Source: a virus
Taxonomy: Duplodnaviria; Caudoviricetes
IMG/VR virus record: IMGVR_UViG_3300028804_000001
Span: 64,001-128,000 of that record
Reading direction: 5' to 3' (one strand)
Length of the DNA stretch: 64,000 bases
Positions within the stretch are counted from its first letter, which is position 1, and the number at the start of each line of letters is the position of its first letter. Under the pieces are notes generated by a model. The model saw nothing but the letters and a program-made list of their open reading frames with translations, was not told where the DNA came from and made no database searches. Shown here in pieces: positions 28,785 to 38,599 of the stretch. A program made the translations under genes and the position numbers.

Positions 28785-31190
28785 TTATGTCTTGTTGTCC
28801 ATATCTGTGTTGATGGCATAGTCCCCTGCAAGGAGAACTACGCCATCGATTACCTCAAGCAGGAACTCACGGTTGGGAAGTTTTGCTACTTCCTTGGCCA
28901 AAAGTCCATATGCGTGAAGCACGCGGAGGAGTTTACCCTCGTAAGCCATAGGATCCGCGGTCCTCATAGCTTCCTTGATGGCACCAGACAGGGTTGTTAC
29001 ACCCTCAAAGCCAAAGCTTGCAGCAAAGGCTTCTTGAACTGTCCGCATCCATCTTTTAGCACCGGCAAGGTTATTCACCTCAACGGATGCTTTGATAAGC
29101 CGCTCGAGATGGGTTACGGATACCTCACCTGTTGCAACTTCACGTATTCCTTTGGCAGGGAAACAACCAAAGTCTACGTTCCAGTGTGATTGAGCCTGAG
29201 CATTGAATACTCCGAGCTCATTATCGTCCTTAGGCTTCCCTGTTGCCAGCAAAGCCAGGAGATAATCACCATCGGCCTCAAGATTATCAGTTATGGTTTT
29301 CACCATATCCATGATCTTCCGGAGGTTAGGGAGTGCGTAGTTCTTCTTCACTCCTTGTGCAGCTATGTCCAGATAGCCACCCAGAACCTTAAGCGCACCT
29401 GGAATACGCTCAAGTTGCTCTGTCTTCTTCAGAGCGCCTATGGTTTTAGCCAAAGCGTTGAAGATTGGACCGATCATAGACTGAGCGATCCAGGGCTTAA
29501 GAGCCAGCCCTACGATATCTCCCATTGGGAGTATCTCACCTCTTCCGATAAGAGGTTCCTCATTGCCATCAAATGCCGAAACAAGTCCCGGCAAGAGAAG
29601 GCCATGATCATCACCATCACCCTGGATGAATTTTGCATCATCCGGATGCATGACGATCAGCCAATGATCATTAGGTAGTGTTGCAGAAACGCTACCAATG
29701 GTCACCTTGAGGAATGACTGATGCGAAGTAATTGGATACCTCACAAGAGTCATAGGGCAATTCCATTTGCCCATCTTAAGAAGATCATCCATGACCTTCT
29801 GATTCGCTACGGGACGACCAGGCATAACATCCACATCACCAATCTTTTCTGCAAAGATCAGCGAGGGATACATGCTTCCCCGTACACGGATCCGTTTCGC
29901 CTTCTGAACAAGGGTACTCCAGATCTTGGTTCTGTCCGATTTAGCTTCGAGGCTATAGAAGGCTTTGCAAAGTTCGGAGTTCCTTACTTTACCTTCTGTT
30001 TCATCGGACATGGCTGTAATCGTAGCCAACAGATTCTTGAAGGGATCTGCAACCCTGGAGCTTACCTTCGCCGCATTTCTCTCGAACATCCTGGTGATGG
30101 TCTTGAGGCTGCGTTCCTCCCACTTACCAATAAGCAGTGAGAGAATGTGGAGGCTGTAAGCTTCCTTCTCATCTCCTTCTTCTTTAACGGCAGCGAGCTT
30201 GGTGGTGATGATTTCACCAGGCTCAACCGTGGACCACTTCACATTGTCCGGTGTGATCCAACCGTGAACACCTTCTGGCAATTCTCCGAACTCTGAGAGA
30301 AGTCCATCAGAGGTCATTACCCGGCCTTTAATTACGCCGAGCTTACCAGATTTAGTTTTAGTCACACCTCTTACGAGGAATGACCGATCTCTCCATGATT
30401 CTGTTACTGCATTGGTAGCAATAACAAAGTTGCCATCGTGAGATTTGTTCCCTTTCGAAGATACTGGTGCAGGGACAACCAGCAGCTTCACATCAAGGAA
30501 TCTCTCGAGAGGCAGGTTCCAGATGTCCTTTCCTGCTCTCAAGAACACGCCAAGCAGCTCTTCTTTGGTAAAGCCATAGCGTGCAAAGGCTTCCCAAAGT
30601 GTTGGTGTACCCGGCTTACGAACAGTGATTACGAAACCACCGTTATCGTTAGCCCAGGCTGGATGTGCAGGAAGCAATTCCTCAGGATTTCTCCCGAGAG
30701 CCTTAAGCACATTCCGAACCAACTTGTTACGGAAATCTTCAGGCCATAGAACCGGCCACAGCAGTTCTACACCCCACTCTTTCTTACCATTTCTGGTACG
30801 AGTGGATTTCCGGAACACGGTCTTACCTTCTTCAGTGAGAAGGCATTTCTTACGACCATCGACGACCATCCATTCGACGACCGGGCAGCCCAACAACTCT
30901 GCAGCCTCTTCATTGCTGAAGAATCCAGTAGTGGAGATCTTGATGAACTCAGGTCTAAGACCATGAGCCCAGCCAATAGAATCTACTGGTTGCTCTACAG
31001 AGCTATCGAACGGGTGATATTTCTTCGCAATACGAAGATTCTCACCAGCAAAGAAAGCCGTAGCAATTACTTGCACAGCATTCTTATCACTGCCACCGCT
31101 AAGACTCAAACCGAGCACCTTAACGGCTCTTCCAAAAGCGGTTTCACTGAACCCTTCTGGTAGATTGTTTTCTTTGTTCACATCTTTCAT
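28785..31190 (-). CDS. single-subunit two-barrel RNA polymerase (YonO/QDE-1-like) with variant catalytic motif
   Basis: First barrel SHDG..VI...SFLVRG...IKG (cf. RdRP DG.G.I...FQIR..G.KG); second barrel LVRYP...MHPDDAKFIQGDGDDH (cf. LNRQP...HP...NADFDGD). Confidence 0.72.
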   Translation of the reverse strand: MKDVNKENNLPEGFSETAFGRAVKVLGLSLSGGSDKNAVQVIATAFFAGENLRIAKKYHPFDSSVEQPVDSIGWAHGLRPEFIKISTTGFFSNEEAAELLGCPVVEWMVVDGRKKCLLTEEGKTVFRKSTRTRNGKKEWGVELLWPVLWPEDFRNKLVRNVLKALGRNPEELLPAHPAWANDNGGFVITVRKPGTPTLWEAFARYGFTKEELLGVFLRAGKDIWNLPLERFLDVKLLVVPAPVSSKGNKSHDGNFVIATNAVTESWRDRSFLVRGVTKTKSGKLGVIKGRVMTSDGLLSEFGELPEGVHGWITPDNVKWSTVEPGEIITTKLAAVKEEGDEKEAYSLHILSLLIGKWEERSLKTITRMFERNAAKVSSRVADPFKNLLATITAMSDETEGKVRNSELCKAFYSLEAKSDRTKIWSTLVQKAKRIRVRGSMYPSLIFAEKIGDVDVMPGRPVANQKVMDDLLKMGKWNCPMTLVRYPITSHQSFLKVTIGSVSATLPNDHWLIVMHPDDAKFIQGDGDDHGLLLPGLVSAFDGNEEPLIGRGEILPMGDIVGLALKPWIAQSMIGPIFNALAKTIGALKKTEQLERIPGALKVLGGYLDIAAQGVKKNYALPNLRKIMDMVKTITDNLEADGDYLLALLATGKPKDDNELGVFNAQAQSHWNVDFGCFPAKGIREVATGEVSVTHLERLIKASVEVNNLAGAKRWMRTVQEAFAASFGFEGVTTLSGAIKEAMRTADPMAYEGKLLRVLHAYGLLAKEVAKLPNREFLLEVIDGVVLLAGDYAINTDMDNKT

Positions 31191-31241
31191 GTGAATCTCC
31201 CCGATTAGTATTTGGATTTACTCTTTCGAGCATACTAACCG

Positions 31242-31302
31242 TAGCTTTCGCTTACCCATAGAGGTTTCGACTGGTTGCTATCCAGTTCTCATCAGAGCGA
31301 AA
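31242..31302 (-). ncRNA. type I hammerhead ribozyme in the 5' leader of the polymerase gene
   Basis: UUUCGCU-CUGAUGA-GAACUGG-AUAGCAA-CCAGUC-GAAACCU-CUAU-GGGUA^AGCGAAA-GCUA; loop II UAGC pairs with 3' GCUA; cut between 31253 and 31252. Confidence 0.9.
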
Positions 31303-31343
31303 AAGAAAACCCCGCCCAAAGACCGTAATCTTCGAGCGGGGTT
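31300..31343 (-). terminator. intrinsic terminator
   Basis: AACCCCGCTCGAAGA-ttacgg-TCTTTGGGCGGGGTT plus T-run, abutting the hammerhead. Confidence 0.8.
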
Positions 31344-31366
31344 GATTAATCAGAAAAGAGAGAAAC

Positions 31367-32100
31367 TTAGATCAGTTCAAGTTGTCCTTGCCTTCTCTGT
31401 TTCTCTTTGCGGGTTACACCTATTTCAAAGAACCCTCCATTAGATAGATACTCATATAGATGTGTCTCATCTACCTTGACTATCCATCCCTTAATGCCAT
31501 GCTTGTACACATAGCACATACCTGATTCATAGAATCTAACAAGGATCTTCTCCTTATTAGTATTCATAAAATGTTTGGTCATAGTTGTTACCTCTCTTCT
31601 CTTAGATGATGTGAACGTAGGACTTAAGGTCCTCTGCATTCTTATCCCGGAGTGTATTTACAATCCCCTCCAGTACAGTATTCCTATGCTCCTCTACTGC
31701 CTTAGCAATGAGTGACCATACTACTGAGGCATCATCATCTATAATGCCTTGTTCTGCCATACGTATTACCGTATAGTCTGCGTGTGCTTTAGATACTGTG
31801 TTCATATTGTTCTCCCTTGTAGATATTGGTTGGTTATCCAGCTACGCTATCGTGGAAGCTATCTACATGTAGCCAACACCATGCATATACATGATGTATA
31901 TACATGGTGCATGTGAATTAGCATTTAGCGAGTGAGAGACGCATTGCTTGTCTATGCATAGCTGCTTGTCTTTCAAGCTTCTCTGCATCTTGTTGTTCTT
32001 TGCGTTTCATACAAACATGGAATTCAATATCTTTCCATGTTGCATCACTCTTGTTAAGAGCCTTAGCAAACTCTTTCCATGCTTTATCTGCTGTGTTCAT
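31367..32100 (-). other. three small ORFs (31367-31582, 31602-31805, 31918-32100), probable earliest genes
   Basis: Strong SDs; two begin MNT(V/A)xKA. Confidence 0.6.
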
Positions 32101-32325
32101 ATGTTTGTCCTCCCAGACAATTGTGTCATCGAAGTCAGGACCCCGTAGGCTCGGAGCTTTCGAGATTCTGAGATATGACTACTAGGTTGCAGTGTGGAAA
32201 GGTGTAAGGAATTAGAGAGAGGGGAGGTGATAGTGATACTTGGAGATGATTATTAGGTAGTAAGGGGGGAGTTTGTATAGTGATTTGGGGAGGTACGATT
32301 TTTTAAGGCGGTTGATGATTTCAGG

Positions 32326-33096
32326 ATGAGTAATAAGGTTAAACGTATTTATAACTGGTTCCCTTCAAGACCGGATCATAGAGATATGAAATTAAGCTAT
32401 GGCCTGGTGAAACGAAAGCTCTTGCTTCCTAAGAAGGTAGATTTGAGAGGCGGTATGCCTGAAGTATATGATCAAGGAGAATTAGGATCATGTACGGGCC
32501 AGGCTATTGGAGCCGCTTATGAATATTCTCAGATGAAGCAGAGACAGAAGGATTTTACCCCCAGCCGTCTCTTTATATACTACAATGAGAGAAAGCTTGA
32601 AGGTAATGTAATGGTAGATTCCGGAGCGGTAATTAGAACCGGAATGAAAGCAATATCAAGATTCGGCGTATGTACAGAAATTACATGGCCGTACGATATT
32701 AAAAAATTCACCCAGGATCCAGGAAGCAAAGCTTACGCGGAAGCTTCTTACCACCAGGCAATTGAATACAGGAACGTAGATCAGGACCTGGATCAATTAA
32801 GGGCGGCCTTGAATGACGGTTACCCTGTCGTATTCGGATTCACCGTATTCGAAGGTTTCGAATCGGATGAAGTAGCTAAAACCGGCCTGCTTAAGATGCC
32901 CGAAGTATCTGAAAAAAACATGGGCGGTCATGCAGTTCTTATGGTCGGCTATGATGATTCTAAGAAGCATTTCATAGTCCGCAATTCCTGGGGGAAGAAC
33001 TGGGGAGACAAAGGCTACTTCTATATGCCTTATGAGTATGCCATAGACGCCGGCCTGGCTGATGATTTCTGGACGCTCACAAAGGTAGAGCAATAA
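32326..33096 (+). CDS. papain-family (C1A) cysteine protease
   Basis: DQGELGSC, GGHAVLMVGY, RNSWG..WGDKGYF. Confidence 0.95.
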   Translation: MSNKVKRIYNWFPSRPDHRDMKLSYGLVKRKLLLPKKVDLRGGMPEVYDQGELGSCTGQAIGAAYEYSQMKQRQKDFTPSRLFIYYNERKLEGNVMVDSGAVIRTGMKAISRFGVCTEITWPYDIKKFTQDPGSKAYAEASYHQAIEYRNVDQDLDQLRAALNDGYPVVFGFTVFEGFESDEVAKTGLLKMPEVSEKNMGGHAVLMVGYDDSKKHFIVRNSWGKNWGDKGYFYMPYEYAIDAGLADDFWTLTKVEQ

Positions 33097-33104
33097 TACC
33101 GACG

Positions 33105-33461
33105 ATGAGTTTGAGGATAGTATCAGTATTAGTTGCTGTAGTTGCACTCGGCCTGAGCTGTTTAAGCATCTCGGCCGAGCCTTCTCGACCTGATATGAAC
33201 CCGGATATAGAGAATGTTCCCGCGGGGAAATTCTTTTCGGTTATACAGTTTGAGGGTATTAAGGATGGAATAGTGACAAGGGGCTTATTGATATACGGTC
33301 CTATTCCGGGTGATGAAGACGATTGCTTGAGGTTTACACAGGCTAAGACTGCTTCATTTGGGCGCCTGGGATTTCAGGTGGCTGGTAAGTGTGTGGAAGA
33401 CCGTAAACAGAAAGAAGAGAAACCGGAAGAGTTGAGAGTTAATAATTATGCACAAAAATAG
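33105..33461 (+). CDS. secreted hypothetical protein
   Basis: N-terminal signal peptide. Confidence 0.6.
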   Translation: MSLRIVSVLVAVVALGLSCLSISAEPSRPDMNPDIENVPAGKFFSVIQFEGIKDGIVTRGLLIYGPIPGDEDDCLRFTQAKTASFGRLGFQVAGKCVEDRKQKEEKPEELRVNNYAQK

Positions 33462-33566
33462 ATTTGGTAAGTTTGCCCAGAAAGTTCCCAGGCCTCAGGT
33501 AGAAGTTCCTAAGACCAGCGGACATGCTGCCACTAAGCCGGCAAAGGTTAAGAAAAAGAAGTAAGA

Positions 33567-34172
33567 CTATTTCTTATTTATGGCTGGGAGCATTCCTGGT
33601 ATTTCGAACAGAGTGATATGCTTCAGGTTTGGTAGTTCAAAATCAAACTTGAGGCATTTCTGGTCTACGGCTCTGAAGAATTCCACATCTGGAAATAGAG
33701 ATATTACTTTCTGTGTTTGACGTATCCAGTTATCGTAATGGGTGGCGGGGGAATCGGCTTTGGCATAATTGGTTGTTCCGGCGTAAACATTGTTGATCTT
33801 CCCATCGTTGCTTGAGTAATCGAAACCAATGACATATACATGAGTTGCTCCTCGAGAGCATGCAAGCCATAGTGCTGCAGGGCCTGAGCTCCATCCCTTC
33901 TCGGGCTCGATATAATTAAGCCGCTTATCTTCTCTATCTGCCGGATCCACATTGTTTTTGTATGTCCATATAGTGGGGAATCTTTTCTGCTTGGATTCTT
34001 CAGAAGCCAGGATTTCTGAAGTCATCTTGGGATTGACGCTTACAAGATGATCGGGAAGAAAGTCACGGTATATGGCATTGCAGCCAAATATCTCAGCCGG
34101 CCTTTTAAGTTGAGATAGATTTACCTTTACTCTGCTTTTGCCGTTGCCTATAACATATGCCAGCTTCATCAA
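33567..34172 (-). CDS. DUF115/MAF-like glycosyltransferase-related protein
   Basis: VIGNGKSR, GCNAIYRD..PD.L, WSSG, IGFD. Confidence 0.65.
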   Translation of the reverse strand: MMKLAYVIGNGKSRVKVNLSQLKRPAEIFGCNAIYRDFLPDHLVSVNPKMTSEILASEESKQKRFPTIWTYKNNVDPADREDKRLNYIEPEKGWSSGPAALWLACSRGATHVYVIGFDYSSNDGKINNVYAGTTNYAKADSPATHYDNWIRQTQKVISLFPDVEFFRAVDQKCLKFDFELPNLKHITLFEIPGMLPAINKK

Positions 34173-34237
34173 TAGCTTATGATTATGTCTAAGTTAGAGT
34201 AGTACCTCTGGGCAAACCTAATCAATAGTAGCCTTTC

Positions 34238-35674
34238 ATGGGAATAACCACAATGCTGGGAAAACTACTTAACCTGCTTCGAATAAGAAAAGACGATAAG
34301 CTTTTTCAGATGGCACATTTTGATCAGGTTACCGGCCTTTCTAATAGGCGAACATTCTTTAATGAGATGGAGAGATTGGTTACCAAATGTGACAGAAACA
34401 AAGGCAACTTCGTTCTTCTATTCTTTGATCTTGATAACTTTAAACCGGTTAATGATACCTACGGGCATGAAGTTGGAGATGTTGTTTTAAAACTCCTGGC
34501 AGGAAAACTTACAAAGGAGATGCGCAAGTCTGATGCCATTTACCGGTTAGCTGGAGATGAGTTTGTTCTTGTATCTGAGAATATACCAAATTCAAAAACT
34601 GCTGCTATAATTGCTGAGAAGCTTATACGTATATGCTCGGAAGATATCCACGTAGATGATAAGATCACCGTCAATGTCTCAGCCTCGGTAGGAGTATGCT
34701 TCTACCCTACTGATGCAGACTCTGTTAAAGATCTACTTCGAAAAGCAGATACTGCTATGTATCTTGCTAAGAAGAAAGGCGGTGGAACTTTCCAGATGTA
34801 TGCTGGGGAAGTTCATGAGAAAGTCATGGAGAAGATGCGGATAGAAACCAGCATCAAACAGGATCTCAAAACTAAGAACCCTGGCTTTCAGGTAATGTAT
34901 CAACCGCAGATAAATATAAAGACCGGCAAGGTGGTTGGGTTTGAAGCACTTCTCAGATGGAATAACCCTTCTATTGGAATGGTTGATACTGGTAAGCTTA
35001 TCTCTATTTGTGAGGAATCTAATCTCATAATCGATGTTGATAGATTTGTTTTAAAACAAGCATGTCAGGATATTAATAAAATTAACGCGGAACTTGGAAC
35101 AAGATTATTCGTTAGTGTAAACTTCTCTCCCAAATATCTTTATTCCAAGGAAGTTGTTAAGGATGTAATGAACATCCTGGAACAAACATATACAATACCT
35201 CAGGTTGTAGAGATTGAAATAACTGAGAGAACTGTTATGGCTGATATGGATATGGCAGCTCTTAATATCATGAATCTGTCCAAAGAGGGAATCAAAGTAG
35301 CCCTGGATGACTTTGGAATAGGTGCATCTTCTCTTAACTACCTTAAGAAATTCAAGGTCAATAAGCTTAAAATAGACCGGGCTTTCATTAGAGATATAAT
35401 GAATAATGAGGATGATAGGAAGATTGTAAATGCTATCCTGGCTATGGCCTACCATTTTGATCTTGAATGCACTGCGGAAGGGGTAGAAACTAAGACTCAG
35501 ATGCAGTTTTTAAAGGCCAATGGGTGCGATCATGTTCAGGGATATTACTATAGCAGAGCTCTTCCAGTGGACGAAATGCTAACTCTTCTTCTGAAATCTA
35601 GAGAAAGAAAGAGATTGAAGCAGGAAGAAATGATCCAGATTTTAACCAAATATCATGATGATATAATAACTTAG
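34238..35674 (+). CDS. GGDEF-EAL c-di-GMP turnover protein
   Basis: DLDNFK.VND..GH..GD, RLAGDEF, YQPQ, FEALLRW, EITE, DDFGIG, KIDR, AEGVE, QGY. Confidence 0.95.
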   Translation: MGITTMLGKLLNLLRIRKDDKLFQMAHFDQVTGLSNRRTFFNEMERLVTKCDRNKGNFVLLFFDLDNFKPVNDTYGHEVGDVVLKLLAGKLTKEMRKSDAIYRLAGDEFVLVSENIPNSKTAAIIAEKLIRICSEDIHVDDKITVNVSASVGVCFYPTDADSVKDLLRKADTAMYLAKKKGGGTFQMYAGEVHEKVMEKMRIETSIKQDLKTKNPGFQVMYQPQINIKTGKVVGFEALLRWNNPSIGMVDTGKLISICEESNLIIDVDRFVLKQACQDINKINAELGTRLFVSVNFSPKYLYSKEVVKDVMNILEQTYTIPQVVEIEITERTVMADMDMAALNIMNLSKEGIKVALDDFGIGASSLNYLKKFKVNKLKIDRAFIRDIMNNEDDRKIVNAILAMAYHFDLECTAEGVETKTQMQFLKANGCDHVQGYYYSRALPVDEMLTLLLKSRERKRLKQEEMIQILTKYHDDIIT

Positions 35675-35831
35675 GAGTTGATATGAGTAAGAAACAGAAG
35701 ATTCTTCTGGCAGTTTTGATAGTGGCTCTTGTTGGTTTGCTTGGAGAGAAGCAGATACGAAACTTTGTAAAAGAAGTTGAAATCGATTATCTGTTCTACA
35801 AAAGCTCCCGCTAACTAATAGTCTATATCGA

Positions 35832-36650
35832 CTAAAAATTAGCCGATGTAGATTTCATAAAAACATCAATTCTGTTCATAATCTTAGCAGCTACTATAGC
35901 GTAGCCTTCTGGAGTGGGGTGAATCTGCTCACCCCAGTATTTCTTTGGTATCTTTCCTCTAAGATCTACTACTTCCAGACATGGTGTTTCCTTTGCCAGC
36001 TTTAACAATTCCTTATTTGTTATATCTACAAACTCTCTGACTATCTTACTAGCCAGAGGAATAGGAACATTGTTATTATAAAAGAACTCTTTAAGCATAG
36101 CGGTAAACTTAGAATTGGGTTCTTTTTCTGGGTGGAAATAATCATATCCATGAATAATAATCTTGAAGTATTTTAAGTGCCCATACTTCTCATACTGTCT
36201 AACCAGGCTTGTTACATATCTCTTTAACTGTGGAAACATTACCGTTTTTATAAAGTTCGTAAGATGCTTTTTCTTCAGCTTGCATTTGGATCCGGATCCT
36301 GACATAAACGATGAGAAGATGTTCAGCATATCATTCCCACCAAGTGATAAAACTATAACCAGGGGTCTTCTAAGGTTTACTATTTTAAGTGCAAGATCGC
36401 AGAGTCTGTTCTTTATTTCATCTTCCAGTGTGTATCCAGGAATTGCACAGTTAATAAGTGGATACTTTTGCTTGATCCAATCAATCGTATCCCAATGTAA
36501 TGGCCCTCGATCAAACAATCTTCTGTTTAGCCAGGAATCTCCTATGGCAATAATAGAAGGAACTTTCTTGCGCAGTATTAATCTTAATAATAATAGCCGT
36601 AGTTTTTTTCTTAAAACAGCTGCGCTAAAGAGCATGCTCACTAGCTTCAT
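35832..36650 (-). CDS. SGNH/GDSL hydrolase
   Basis: GDSW, GGND, IHPT.EGY. Confidence 0.8.
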   Translation of the reverse strand: MKLVSMLFSAAVLRKKLRLLLLRLILRKKVPSIIAIGDSWLNRRLFDRGPLHWDTIDWIKQKYPLINCAIPGYTLEDEIKNRLCDLALKIVNLRRPLVIVLSLGGNDMLNIFSSFMSGSGSKCKLKKKHLTNFIKTVMFPQLKRYVTSLVRQYEKYGHLKYFKIIIHGYDYFHPEKEPNSKFTAMLKEFFYNNNVPIPLASKIVREFVDITNKELLKLAKETPCLEVVDLRGKIPKKYWGEQIHPTPEGYAIVAAKIMNRIDVFMKSTSANF

Positions 36651-36690
36651 TTAAGAGATTGTTCTCTTTTATGCAAAAATGTACCCATTT

Positions 36691-36752
36691 TCCCGTACGG
36701 GAAGATTTGATCTTGGACTGAAGGTTTTGAGGCGTTTTAATCCCGTACGGGA
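36691..36752. promoter_or_regulatory. two identical palindromes TCCCGTACGGGA, 50 bp apart, between divergent genes
   Basis: 36691-36702 and 36741-36752. Confidence 0.65.
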
Positions 36753-36802
36753 ATATATGATTTCTAATTGACTGAACCTTCGCAAGTATCATTATTGTCC
36801 GG

Positions 36803-37411
36803 ATGTCAGATCAAGAAATCCTTAGTATTGTTAAATCCTGGTGGATCATTCCAATCTTTATTCTTTGGTCAGTATTAGTAGCTATAGCAAGTAGATACAT
36901 TGGATCCATTCTCGCTAGCATCCTGGATGCTTTCGTTTTTCTAGTGGATCTAATTGGTATGATTATTTTCGATATTAGACATCGAAGAGCAAGAAATAGA
37001 TTATCCAGATCTGTTTTAAATCAATTGGATTCAATAAGAAGAAGAGAATACGAAAGAAGAGAAAGATATACTTCTGTAACTGGAACGATGGGTTCAGATG
37101 GAGTTCACCATAGAAGAGAAACTGGAGGTGGTAGATATTCTGTAATAAGTGGAACTGGTGGAACTGGTGGAAATGGATTCTTGAATGAAGATCCGTTGGA
37201 TAGAATAAGACAGCAATCCTCTGGCCGACTTCTTACTTTTGAAGAAACTATATATAGTGAAACGAATAATGGATCAAGAAATAAAAGAAGAACTAAGCCA
37301 AAGGTTGAAATCTATGATGAGATTACAGAAGATGTAGTTATAGAAAATCCATCTACGTTAAAAGAGAAACTGTTAAACACCAGAACTAAGAATACTAAGA
37401 CAATAGGATAA
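36803..37411 (+). CDS. membrane-anchored hypothetical protein
   Basis: Two N-terminal TM segments; C-terminal TLKEKL. Confidence 0.65.
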   Translation: MSDQEILSIVKSWWIIPIFILWSVLVAIASRYIGSILASILDAFVFLVDLIGMIIFDIRHRRARNRLSRSVLNQLDSIRRREYERRERYTSVTGTMGSDGVHHRRETGGGRYSVISGTGGTGGNGFLNEDPLDRIRQQSSGRLLTFEETIYSETNNGSRNKRRTKPKVEIYDEITEDVVIENPSTLKEKLLNTRTKNTKTIG

Positions 37412-37414
37412 AAT

Positions 37415-37756
37415 ATGAAAGTTGTATTCTCAAACAGAGAGCGCAAACTTCCTGGGTGGAAAAAGAAAGTAAAGGCTGCCAATGGCAATGCGGTATTTGT
37501 AGTTATAAACAGTCATCCGGATATAGATGTGTGGATAGATTGTAATTACGAGATGGAAAAAGATGTTAAGAAGGATATGCATCTTCCCTGGAATATTTCA
37601 GATCCTGTCCCAGAGGATCCGGATATTGTCCTCTATCCTGTATGGCCTATAGGATTAAATGGACTTATATATTTAATAATCCCTATTAATGAGAATATTG
37701 AGGATATCGGAAGCCAAATTCTACTTGCGGCCTCAAAGAAACCGGCTATCAATTGA
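37415..37756 (+). CDS. hypothetical protein
   Basis: 113 aa. Confidence 0.6.
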   Translation: MKVVFSNRERKLPGWKKKVKAANGNAVFVVINSHPDIDVWIDCNYEMEKDVKKDMHLPWNISDPVPEDPDIVLYPVWPIGLNGLIYLIIPINENIEDIGSQILLAASKKPAIN

Positions 37757-38146
37757 TGAATGTTAGATCCTCTTATAGCAGCAGTAATAGTATTTTGCTG
37801 CTCGGCAGAGTTTATATGGTTATGTCTCATGCTTGCAATGCTAGAAGAGAAGGCGCTGTTCATACCAAAACAGAAGAAAAAGAATGAGCAAAAGAAGCTC
37901 AAGAAGCAGAAGACCCAAAGAAAAACGGTATACAATCCCACCCGTCGTGAGCGGGGAATGGGGTCAAAGAAGTATTGAGGAGGATTTAAAACAAGATAAA
38001 AGAATCAATAGAGATTCGGATGGATCCTTTACAACAACAGATTTGGCAGTAGCTAGAGAATATGCTAGTAAGCTGAGAGGATCATCTGTAATGGGTAAGT
38101 GTTGCGATTTAATGCCAAGATGTGAACATTGGAAAGGAGATATCTG

Positions 38147-38599
38147 ATGAGTTCTGAGAAATGGGATAAGAGATTTATGGAAATGGCTAAGCTGGTAGCT
38201 AGCTGGAGCAAGGATCCATCTACTAAAGCCGGCGCTGTTATTGTAAGACCGGATAAAACTATCGTATCTGTTGGCTATAATGGATTCCCATCTAAGATGC
38301 CAGATGATCCAAAGATGTATGAAAATAGAGAGGAGAAATACTCTCGGATTGTACATGCGGAGGTCAATGCTCTTATCTTCTCGAGAGAACCGGTGGTAGG
38401 ATACACACTATACACATACCCATTCCTTTCATGTGATAGATGTTTTTCCCAGCTAGCCCAGGCAGGAATCTCAACATTTGTATCTCCCATATGTCCTCCA
38501 CATCTTCTAGAAAGATGGGGGAAATCATTTGATATGGTCAGATTACGGGCTAAGGAAATGGGAATTAATATCCAAGAGTATGAGGATATAACGCCATGA
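38147..38599 (+). CDS. dCMP deaminase
   Basis: SKDPST..GA, GYNG, HAE.NA, CxxC. Confidence 0.93.
   Translation: MSSEKWDKRFMEMAKLVASWSKDPSTKAGAVIVRPDKTIVSVGYNGFPSKMPDDPKMYENREEKYSRIVHAEVNALIFSREPVVGYTLYTYPFLSCDRCFSQLAQAGISTFVSPICPPHLLERWGKSFDMVRLRAKEMGINIQEYEDITP

Noticed and set aside
28914-31163. Plus-strand ORFs antisense to the 801-aa polymerase (possible ambisense coding)
   Set aside because: They are fragmented shadow frames without SDs or motifs. The same applies to most short antisense ORFs in the track.
32110-32190. Third hammerhead ribozyme (GAAA-stem-GUC on the minus strand)
   Set aside because: No correctly placed CUGANGA core; at most a degenerate or different structure
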